DNA from: a virus
UHGV virus genome: UHGV-0106476
Strand: one strand, 5' to 3'
DNA length: 31,719 bases
In this document: positions 24,484-31,719 of the stretch, piece by piece
Layout of the letters: each line of letters starts with the position of its first letter
Numbering within the stretch: the first letter of the stretch is position 1
Position numbers and translations under genes: made by a program
Notes under the pieces: generated by a model
Seen by the model: only the letters and a program-made list of their open reading frames with translations
Database searches by the model: none
Told to the model about the DNA's origin: nothing

Positions 24484-24925
24484 TCTCGTTCTTAAGGCTT
24501 TACGAAAAGCCGGGCTGTATTCCAATGCCACGTTGACAGATGCTGACCCTCAGGCAATTGAAGATGCCATTAATGACCTCGAAGACATGATGGCAGCATG
24601 GCAGGCAAAAGGTATCGAGCTTGGGTATCAGTTTGCTGATACAGAAAACGGCATCATGCCGTTACCTGACGATGATTCAGGTATCCCTGCATGGGCAAAT
24701 GATGGCGTCGCTTTGAAACTCGCTGTGCAAGTGTGCATGGATAACGTCATTCAGCCGTCAGACGCTCTCCTTACCGCTGCTGACAGTGCATATCAGACAA
24801 TCTGTATCGCTTTAACCAAAATACCACCACTTGAGCGGAGAAATGACATGCCTCGCGGTAGTGGTAACAAAAGCGCGTTTACGTGGAATCGGTTTTACAT
24901 CGAGAAAGATGATCCGAGTACGTGA
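24464..24925 (+). CDS. head completion / tail adaptor protein (P22 gp4-like)
   Basis: 153 aa MAKTKGDLVLKALRKAGLYSNATLTD..., resembling the recalled P22 gp4 N-terminus; order coat-gp4-gp10-gp26 conserved. Confidence 0.7.
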   Translation: MAKTKGDLVLKALRKAGLYSNATLTDADPQAIEDAINDLEDMMAAWQAKGIELGYQFADTENGIMPLPDDDSGIPAWANDGVALKLAVQVCMDNVIQPSDALLTAADSAYQTICIALTKIPPLERRNDMPRGSGNKSAFTWNRFYIEKDDPST

Positions 24926-24934
24926 GGTGAATAA

Positions 24935-26353
24935 ATGCCGATTCAGCAACTTCCGCTTATGAAAGGTGTCGGCAAAGACTTTCGAAACGCCGACTATATC
25001 GACTATCTGCCAGTGAATATGTTGGCAACCCCCAAAGAAATCCTGAACAGCAGCGGATATCTTCGCTCATTCCCGGGCATTGCCAAACGCTCTGATGTGA
25101 ACGGTGTATCGCGCGGCGTCGAGTACAACATGGCGCAGAATGCTGTCTATCGTGTGTGTGGCGGCAAGCTCTACAAAGGCGAAAGCGAAGTCGGTGACGT
25201 CGCTGGAAGTGGTCGCGTATCAATGGCGCATGGTCGAACATCTCAGGCTGTAGGTGTTAATGGTCAACTGGTTGAGTATCGCTATGATGGCACGGTTAAA
25301 ACCGTCTCAAACTGGCCTACAGACAGCGGATTCACGCAGTATGAGTTAGGTTCGGTTCGCGACATTACACGCTTACGTGGCCGTTATGCGTGGTCAAAAG
25401 ACGGAACTGATTCATGGTTCATCACTGACCTTGAAGACGAATCGCATCCTGACCGTTACAGCGCACAATATCGTGCCGAGTCGCAGCCTGACGGCATCAT
25501 CGGCATAGGAACATGGCGAGACTTCATCGTCTGCTTTGGTTCATCGACGATTGAATATTTCTCCCTGACTGGCGCAACCACAGTTGGTGCTGCTTTGTAT
25601 GTCGCACAGCCATCACTGATGGTGCAGAAAGGCATTGCCGGGACTTACTGCAAAACGCCATTCGCTGATTCGTATGCGTTCATCAGCAATCCGGCAACAG
25701 GTGCGCCGTCTGTTTACATCATCGGCTCTGGTCAGGTATCACCAATCGCCAGCGCGAGCATTGAGAAAATTCTCCGCTCCTACACTGCTAATGAACTGGC
25801 TGATGGTGTGATGGAGTCTCTGCGATTTGATGCGCATGAGCTGCTGATTATCCATCTTCCGCGCCATGTTCTCGTGTACGACGCATCTTCAAGCGCCAAT
25901 GGTCCGCAATGGTGTGTGCTGAAAACGGGCCTGTATGACGATGTGTACCGCGCTATCGACTTCATTTACGAAGGCAATCAGATAACGTGCGGTGATAAGC
26001 TGGAGTCCGTGACCGGGAAATTGCAATTCGACATCAGCAGCCAGTACGACAAGCAACAGGAACACCTGCTGTTTACTCCACTGTTCAAAGCGGATAACGC
26101 CAGAGTGTTCGACCTTGAGGTTGAATCGTCAACTGGCGTTGCGCAGTACGCCGACCGCCTGTTCCTATCGGCAACCACTGACGGCATCAATTACGGACGT
26201 GAGCAGATGATTGAGCAGAATGAACCGTTCGTTTACGACAAGCGTGTTTTGTGGAAGCGAGTAGGGCGCATCAGGAAAAATGTCGGCTTCAAATTGCGCG
26301 TTATCACGAAGTCACCTGTCACTCTGTCTGGCGCTCAGATAAGGATTGAGTAA
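24935..26353 (+). CDS. tail hub protein (P22 gp10-like)
   Basis: 472 aa, the same length as P22 gp10, in the syntenic position. Confidence 0.7.
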   Translation: MPIQQLPLMKGVGKDFRNADYIDYLPVNMLATPKEILNSSGYLRSFPGIAKRSDVNGVSRGVEYNMAQNAVYRVCGGKLYKGESEVGDVAGSGRVSMAHGRTSQAVGVNGQLVEYRYDGTVKTVSNWPTDSGFTQYELGSVRDITRLRGRYAWSKDGTDSWFITDLEDESHPDRYSAQYRAESQPDGIIGIGTWRDFIVCFGSSTIEYFSLTGATTVGAALYVAQPSLMVQKGIAGTYCKTPFADSYAFISNPATGAPSVYIIGSGQVSPIASASIEKILRSYTANELADGVMESLRFDAHELLIIHLPRHVLVYDASSSANGPQWCVLKTGLYDDVYRAIDFIYEGNQITCGDKLESVTGKLQFDISSQYDKQQEHLLFTPLFKADNARVFDLEVESSTGVAQYADRLFLSATTDGINYGREQMIEQNEPFVYDKRVLWKRVGRIRKNVGFKLRVITKSPVTLSGAQIRIE

Positions 26354-27054
26354 TGGCTGATTCGAATCTCAATGTGCCGGTAATCATCCAAGCTACGCGG
26401 CTCGACACATCAATCCTTCCACGCAATATCTTCAGCCAGTCTTACCTGCTGTATGTCATTAATCAGGGGGCTGATGTCGGTGCAATTGCTGGAAAGGCAA
26501 ATCAGGCTGGTCAGGGCGCTTATGATGCCCAAGTAAAAAACGATGAACAGGATGTCGAACTGGCTGACCACGATGCAAGAATCACCGCAAACACAAAAGC
26601 GATAAATCTCCTTGAGGTCAGGTTAACAACCGCCGAAGGGAAGATAGTCGTACTGCGTAGCGATGTTGATTACTTGCTGGATGAGGTTATCGATATTCAG
26701 GCGCATCTGGTCACTGTTGACCAAAGACTGGATGGCGTAGAAAGCGATGTATCTGACATTAAGAGTGATTACGTATCGAAAACCGTAACCGAATCGCAGT
26801 CTCTTGCGTCACCGCTGGATGTAAAAACATCATATTCAGTTGATGGAATTCAGGTTGTTGGAGCAAGAAATACCGGATGGACTGCAGCCACAGGTACACC
26901 TCTTCTTGGCTCATTCAACGCTAACCAGTCATACACGGTCGGCACTACGTACACACAATCCGAAGTCGCGGCTCTCGCTACAGGTTTGCAGCAGGCGCGG
27001 CAGCGTATTCTGGCGCTTGAAACAGCACTTAGATTACATGGGCTGATTGACTGA
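26353..27054 (+). CDS. tail needle protein (P22 gp26-like trimeric coiled coil)
   Basis: 233 aa; N-terminus [36 protein letters not shown] and heptad-repeat body resemble the recalled P22 gp26. Confidence 0.85.
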   Translation: MADSNLNVPVIIQATRLDTSILPRNIFSQSYLLYVINQGADVGAIAGKANQAGQGAYDAQVKNDEQDVELADHDARITANTKAINLLEVRLTTAEGKIVVLRSDVDYLLDEVIDIQAHLVTVDQRLDGVESDVSDIKSDYVSKTVTESQSLASPLDVKTSYSVDGIQVVGARNTGWTAATGTPLLGSFNANQSYTVGTTYTQSEVAALATGLQQARQRILALETALRLHGLID

Positions 27055-27509
27055 TGATTACATTCAAACCAACGCGAAACATCGACTTGATCGAAGCAGT
27101 CGGAAATCACCCTGACATTATTGCCGGGAGCAACAACGGTGATGGATACGACTACAAGCCTGAATGCCGTTACTTTGAGGTTAACGTGCACGGTCAGTTT
27201 GGCGGCATTGTTTACTATCAGGAGATTCAGCCGCTGACATTCGATTGCCACGCCATGTACCTGCCAGAGGTTCGTGGATTCAGCAAGGAAATCGGGCTGG
27301 CGTTCTGGCGATACATTCTGACTAACACCACCGTTCAGTGCGTAACATCGTTCGCTGCACGCAAATTCCGACACGGTCAGATGTACTGCGCAATGATTGG
27401 CCTTAAGCGTGTAGGAACCATCAAGAAATACTTCAAAGGCGTGGATGACGTGACGTTTTACAGCGCCACACGCGAAGAACTAATCGACTTCCTGAATCAC
27501 GGGAGATAG
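27054..27509 (+). CDS. gp14-like virion assembly protein
   Basis: 151-aa ORF in the P22 gene 14 position; ATGA overlap with the needle gene. Confidence 0.55.
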   Translation: MITFKPTRNIDLIEAVGNHPDIIAGSNNGDGYDYKPECRYFEVNVHGQFGGIVYYQEIQPLTFDCHAMYLPEVRGFSKEIGLAFWRYILTNTTVQCVTSFAARKFRHGQMYCAMIGLKRVGTIKKYFKGVDDVTFYSATREELIDFLNHGR

Positions 27510-27511
27510 CC

Positions 27512-28204
27512 ATGTTATATGCATTTAAGCTGGGCAGAAAACTGCGCGGCGAGGAACCTTATTGCCCTGAAAAGGGCGGGAAAGGTGGCAGCTCTGATAA
27601 AAGCGCAAAGTATGCAGCAGAAGCTCAGAAGTATGCTGCAGACCTGCAAAATCAGCAGTTCAACACCATCATGAACAACCTGAAGCCGTTTACTCCTCTG
27701 GCTGATAAGTATGTCGGCAGCCTCGAGAACTTATCGTCTCTGGAAGGGCAAGGTCAGGCGCTTAACCAGTATTACAACTCTCAGCAGTATAAAGACCTTG
27801 CAGGTCAGGCTCGCTATCAGAGTCTGGCTGCAGCGGAAGCAACAGGTGGATTGGGTTCCACCGCAACCAGTAATCAGTTAGCAACAATCGCACCAACGCT
27901 TGGTCAGCAATGGCTATCTGGTCAGATGAACAACTACCAGAATCTGGCAAATATTGGTCTTGGCGCACTGCAAGGTCAGGCAAACGCCGGGCAGACATAT
28001 GCCAACAACATGAGTCAGATTTCGCAGCAAAGTGCGGCTCTTGCAGCGGCAAATGCCAACAGACCATCAGCAATGCAATCTGCTATTGGCGGAGGTGCGT
28101 CTGGTGCTATTGCTGGGGCTGGACTTGCGAAATTAATCGGTTCATCAACTCCGTGGGGGGCTGCGATCGGCGGCGGTCTTGGTCTGCTTGGCTCGTTGTT
28201 TTAA
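27512..28204 (+). CDS. ejection (internal virion) protein, P22 gp7-like
   Basis: 230 aa, Gln/Ala/Gly-rich with a Gly-rich hydrophobic C-terminus; syntenic with P22 gene 7. Confidence 0.7.
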   Translation: MLYAFKLGRKLRGEEPYCPEKGGKGGSSDKSAKYAAEAQKYAADLQNQQFNTIMNNLKPFTPLADKYVGSLENLSSLEGQGQALNQYYNSQQYKDLAGQARYQSLAAAEATGGLGSTATSNQLATIAPTLGQQWLSGQMNNYQNLANIGLGALQGQANAGQTYANNMSQISQQSAALAAANANRPSAMQSAIGGGASGAIAGAGLAKLIGSSTPWGAAIGGGLGLLGSLF

Positions 28205-28214
28205 GGGGTAATCA

Positions 28215-29519
28215 ATGGCTACGTGGCAACAGGGTATTAATTCTGGTGGTTTTCTGGCTGGCATCGGTACGCAAAATGAGAATGCGCCAAAGGCAAGCGA
28301 CATTAACGCAACGCTTGGTCTGATCCGAGAAAACAATGAACTGGCTCGCTCAGGTGCAAATAACGTTGGTCTGACCGCGTTACGTGGTCTGGCTGGAGTT
28401 GCTGAGATTTACAATCAGGAACAGCAACAGAAAGCGATTAGTGCGTTCAATAAGGTTCATGCTGATGCATGGGCTTCTGGTGATCCATCGGGACTATTTA
28501 AGTTTGCCCAGGAAAATCCAGCGTTTGTTGCACAGGCACAACAGGCGTTTTCCGGTCTTAATGAGCAGCAACGCAACGATATGGGCGATTTAGCCATGAG
28601 GGCTAACGTCGCTCTTTCTCAGGGACCGGAAGCCTACAGTAAATTCATTACTGACAACAAGGACAGGTTAAATCGCGTGGGGGCGAATGCTGACTGGATG
28701 ATTCAGACAGGTATTCAGAATCCAGAGCAGCTATCACACATGCTGACTACTATGTCTCTCGGTGCGCTTGGACCAGAAAAGGCGTTTGCTGTTCAGGACA
28801 AGATGGCTGGTCGTGAAATTGACCGAGGCAAACTTGCAGAGACAATCCGCAGCAATCAGGCTGGAGAAGCACTAACAGCTCGAGGTCAGGACATCCAGAT
28901 ACGTGGACAGAACATCAGCGCACAGAATGCTGCTCTTTCCCGAGAAATACAAAGAGCAGAATTACAAGAAAAGGCTCTGGACAGACAGATAGCCAGAGAA
29001 AGCAATCAGTTAAAGCTTGAAGAGCTAAAACAGAAACAGGCAGATGTTAGGCAAAAGGCTGACATAGCCCGCGCTGACAGGCAGGCCGCCGCTCAGGGTG
29101 CAGTTGATACGTTCAGCACCGCGCTTGATTCTCTCAACGAGATAGAGCAAAGCCCCGGCCTTTCAAAAGCAGTAGGAATTCGCTCAGCGTTTCCGACAGT
29201 TCCTGGCTCTGATGCGGCTAACTTTGAAGCAAGGCTCGACACCTTTAAAGCTCAAACATTCCTTCCTATGGTGCAGTCCCTGAAGGGTATGGGTGCTCTT
29301 TCAGATGCTGAGGGTAAAAAATTATCCGATGCGGTTGGTGCCCTAAGCCCCAAAATGAGTGAAAAGGCTTTTCGTGACTCTATCGGAAAGATTAGAAATC
29401 AGCTTGAAAGCAAGTTGAGCACTGTTAAAAAACAGTTTGATTATCAGGAGCCAGTACAGAATACGCCAGCGCAACAACCTACTACTGGCAGTAATTTTTC
29501 TTCACTATGGGGTGATTAA
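28215..29519 (+). CDS. ejection protein, P22 gp20-like
   Basis: 434-aa ORF in the gene 20 position, helical with charged repeats. Confidence 0.65.
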   Translation: MATWQQGINSGGFLAGIGTQNENAPKASDINATLGLIRENNELARSGANNVGLTALRGLAGVAEIYNQEQQQKAISAFNKVHADAWASGDPSGLFKFAQENPAFVAQAQQAFSGLNEQQRNDMGDLAMRANVALSQGPEAYSKFITDNKDRLNRVGANADWMIQTGIQNPEQLSHMLTTMSLGALGPEKAFAVQDKMAGREIDRGKLAETIRSNQAGEALTARGQDIQIRGQNISAQNAALSREIQRAELQEKALDRQIARESNQLKLEELKQKQADVRQKADIARADRQAAAQGAVDTFSTALDSLNEIEQSPGLSKAVGIRSAFPTVPGSDAANFEARLDTFKAQTFLPMVQSLKGMGALSDAEGKKLSDAVGALSPKMSEKAFRDSIGKIRNQLESKLSTVKKQFDYQEPVQNTPAQQPTTGSNFSSLWGD

Positions 29520-31516
29520 TGGCTAAAGCATGGAAAGATGTTATCGCCTCTCCACAGTATCAGGCGTTAGCACCAGAACAAAAAGCGCAGGCTCAGGAGC
29601 AATACTTCAATGAAGTCGTGGCCCCGCAAGCCGGAGAAAATGCAGAGCAGGCTAAGCAAGCTTTCTATGCTGCCTATCCATTGCCATCTGTGCAGAAAGT
29701 GGAGACACAGCAACCAGTAGCACAGCAACAACCACAGCAAAGTGGATTTATGTCTGATCTTGGCGAAGCAGTAAAAGAGACTGGTCGCGGACTGGTGCAG
29801 GCTGGCGTGAACGTGGCAAACATACCTGCATCAGTTGCCGATGCTGTAACAAGCGCGGCGGCTTGGGCTGGCGGTAAACTCGGAATTGGCGATGGGACAT
29901 ATCAACCAGCGCCACGAGTAACAACGCAGGGATTAGAGCAGGACTTTGGCCTTCAGCAAGGCGCGCTGACTCCACAAACGACAGAGGGAAGGGTATTTGC
30001 TGAAGCATTGCCTTACCTCACTCCTGCTGGCGTTGAGAGAGCGGCAACACAGGCACCAACACTCGCTGGTAGAATCGCTCAGGGTGCAACTCGCCTTCTC
30101 GCTGAAAACGCAGTCGGGTCACTTGCTGCAAATAGTGCGAAAGATGATGCGGAAGCACTCGCTACCGATTTAGGCATTGGCGTTCTGGCTGGCGGCGCTA
30201 TTAACGCTGCCGGACGTGGATTAGGCGCTGCTTATCGTGGCGTTCGTGGTGCTATTGCACCAGAAGCGCAGCAAGCTATCAGATTTGCAGAGCGTGAAGG
30301 AGTGCCTCTGCACACCACAGACCTGTTACAACCAACTTCCCGCGTCGGAAAAATGGCGCAGACTACAGCAGAAAATATCCCTCTGGCTGGCACAAGCGGA
30401 ATGAGAGCAACGCAACAGGAAGCGAGAAGCCAGTTGGTGCAGAGATTTGCTGATAAATTCGGTGAGTATGATCCAGCGGTTGTTATTGACAGCCTTAAAG
30501 CGAAAACATCAGGAATTCGTCGTGCTGCTGGGAACCGTCTTGAGCAGGTACAGAATGCAATGGCAGGAATCAACATTCAACCTGCCAGAGCAATTCAGCA
30601 GATAGATACTGAGATATCTAACCTGCAGAAGCTTGGTAAGGTCGCTGATAACGAGACGATTTCAAAACTTCAATCCTATCGTGATGAGCTTATTCGCAAT
30701 GCTGGTCCTGATGGTCCGGTAAATCTGGATTTGAAGCAATTAAGCGATCTACGCAGCCAGTTCAGAATGGACGTGAAGGGTGAGAGACCAGTGCTACCAA
30801 ACCGTTCCGATGCCGCCATTCAGCGCGTTTACAAGGCAATGACCGACGATATCAATGGTGCCATTGGTCAGAATCTTGGCAACGATACTCTCCGTAAATA
30901 TCAGCAGGCCAATGCCGTCTACGCTGACGAAGCGGCGAAACTAAAGAATACCAGGCTGAAGAATGTTCTCATGAAAGGCGACCTGACGCCGGAAGTTGTC
31001 AATAACATGCTATTCAGCAAGAACAAATCTGAAATTAAGACGCTGTATAACTCAGTTGGTCGTGTTGGCAGGGCGCAAATGCGCAATGGCATCATTGGAA
31101 AGGCGATGGAGAAATCAGGTGGTTCCCCTGATCAGTTCCTTCGACAGCTTAACATCCTGCAAAACCAGACTGGCATCACATTTAAGGGGCAGGACGCTGC
31201 TTATCTGAAAGGATTGAAAAACTATCTGCAATCCACGCAGCAGGCTGCAAAAGCGGCAGTAACAACACCAACAGGGCAGCAAACCATCCCGTTCATTATC
31301 GGGTATGGGACGGCAATGAACCCGGCGACAACTGGCGCAGCGGTAAGCTACGGACTTCTTACTCGCGCCTACGAGAGCGAGCCATTCAGAAATGCAATGC
31401 TCCGAATGGCAAACACACCACGCGGATCAACAGCGTTTGAGAAAGCCATGCAGCAGGCGCAAAAGGCCATTAACGCCCTGACTCAGGGTGCCAAGTCTGA
31501 TGCGTTGTCAGAATAG
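29519..31516 (+). CDS. ejection protein, P22 gp16-like
   Basis: 665-aa ORF in the gene 16 position; ATGA overlap with the upstream gene. Confidence 0.65.
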   Translation: MAKAWKDVIASPQYQALAPEQKAQAQEQYFNEVVAPQAGENAEQAKQAFYAAYPLPSVQKVETQQPVAQQQPQQSGFMSDLGEAVKETGRGLVQAGVNVANIPASVADAVTSAAAWAGGKLGIGDGTYQPAPRVTTQGLEQDFGLQQGALTPQTTEGRVFAEALPYLTPAGVERAATQAPTLAGRIAQGATRLLAENAVGSLAANSAKDDAEALATDLGIGVLAGGAINAAGRGLGAAYRGVRGAIAPEAQQAIRFAEREGVPLHTTDLLQPTSRVGKMAQTTAENIPLAGTSGMRATQQEARSQLVQRFADKFGEYDPAVVIDSLKAKTSGIRRAAGNRLEQVQNAMAGINIQPARAIQQIDTEISNLQKLGKVADNETISKLQSYRDELIRNAGPDGPVNLDLKQLSDLRSQFRMDVKGERPVLPNRSDAAIQRVYKAMTDDINGAIGQNLGNDTLRKYQQANAVYADEAAKLKNTRLKNVLMKGDLTPEVVNNMLFSKNKSEIKTLYNSVGRVGRAQMRNGIIGKAMEKSGGSPDQFLRQLNILQNQTGITFKGQDAAYLKGLKNYLQSTQQAAKAAVTTPTGQQTIPFIIGYGTAMNPATTGAAVSYGLLTRAYESEPFRNAMLRMANTPRGSTAFEKAMQQAQKAINALTQGAKSDALSE

Positions 31517-31585
31517 CTTCGCAAACACCAGGAACGTGCAAAAACCAAATATGTAGAACGCAATATTCATCATATCTCTTTGCAT
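31508..31585 (-). CDS. tiny hydrophobic ORF convergent with gp16
   Basis: 25 codons (MQRDMMNIAFYIFGFCTFLVFAKLF) with GGAGG RBS; uncertain. Confidence 0.2.
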   Translation of the reverse strand: MQRDMMNIAFYIFGFCTFLVFAKLF

Positions 31586-31605
31586 AAATCCTCCGTAATG
31601 GATGG

Positions 31606-31719
31606 TTAGTTGCTGTCTTTTTTATATAGCTCCTTGAGCGTATCAAAGACAATTTTCTTAACCATATCAGATTGTTGTTCTGCCATACGCTCTGCATCGT
31701 CAATGTAAACTGATGCAGA
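31606..31719 (-). CDS. C-terminal end of a minus-strand gene entering from beyond the window
   Basis: Frame open from the window edge to TAA at 31606-31608 (...DAERMAEQQSDMVKKIVFDTLKELYKKDSN); AT-rich; lies where P22-like phages carry sieA/immI-type accessory genes. Confidence 0.35.
   Translation of the reverse strand, partial: SASVYIDDAERMAEQQSDMVKKIVFDTLKELYKKDSN

Noticed and set aside
31470-31703. 77-aa minus-strand ORF at the 3' end
   Set aside because: It overlaps the gp16 3' end and spans what is better read as a tiny ORF (31508-31585) plus a separate incoming gene ending at 31606 in another frame.

Overview
This window reads as most of a temperate lambdoid prophage of the P22/Sf6 type (enterobacterial by sequence character), running from the early-left operon through the immunity region, replication, nin region, Q, lysis and into the virion module. 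No tRNA, rRNA, CRISPR array or IS element was found. All calls rest on reading the ORF translations, motifs and local sequence by eye; no database search or computation was run, so family names are recollection-based and coordinates of small elements are hand-counted. CDS coordinates include the stop codon.

Layout:
- 1-6594 (minus strand): pL operon. Accessory ORFs, an SSB-like protein, Erf, Kil, CIII, a 322-aa charged-repeat protein, an AT-rich four-ORF block, and N.
- 6700-8760: immunity region. nutL, pL/OL, a three-TM membrane protein in the rex position, cI, OR/PR, cro, nutR, cII with a pRE CII site, and an OOP-like antisense terminator.
- 8936-11252: O-like initiator with internal ori iterons, and a DnaB-type helicase.
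- 11530-15074: NinB, N6-adenine methyltransferase, NinE, NinF, NinG, NinH, NinI phosphatase, Q.
- 15052-17533: pR', HNH-AP2 endonuclease, terminators, pinholin, SAR endolysin, Rz/Rz1.
- 17960-31516: Sf6/P22-like TerS, TerL, portal, scaffold, coat, gp4, gp10, gp26 needle, gp14, gp7, gp20, gp16.

No single element can be proven novel from sequence alone. The best candidates for undescribed accessory functions are the rex-position membrane protein (6963-7331), the AT-rich four-ORF block downstream of N (5030-6318), the C39-like peptidase (351-785), and the HNH endonuclease with its flanking structured RNA (15264-16068). NinG also lacks a canonical start codon.
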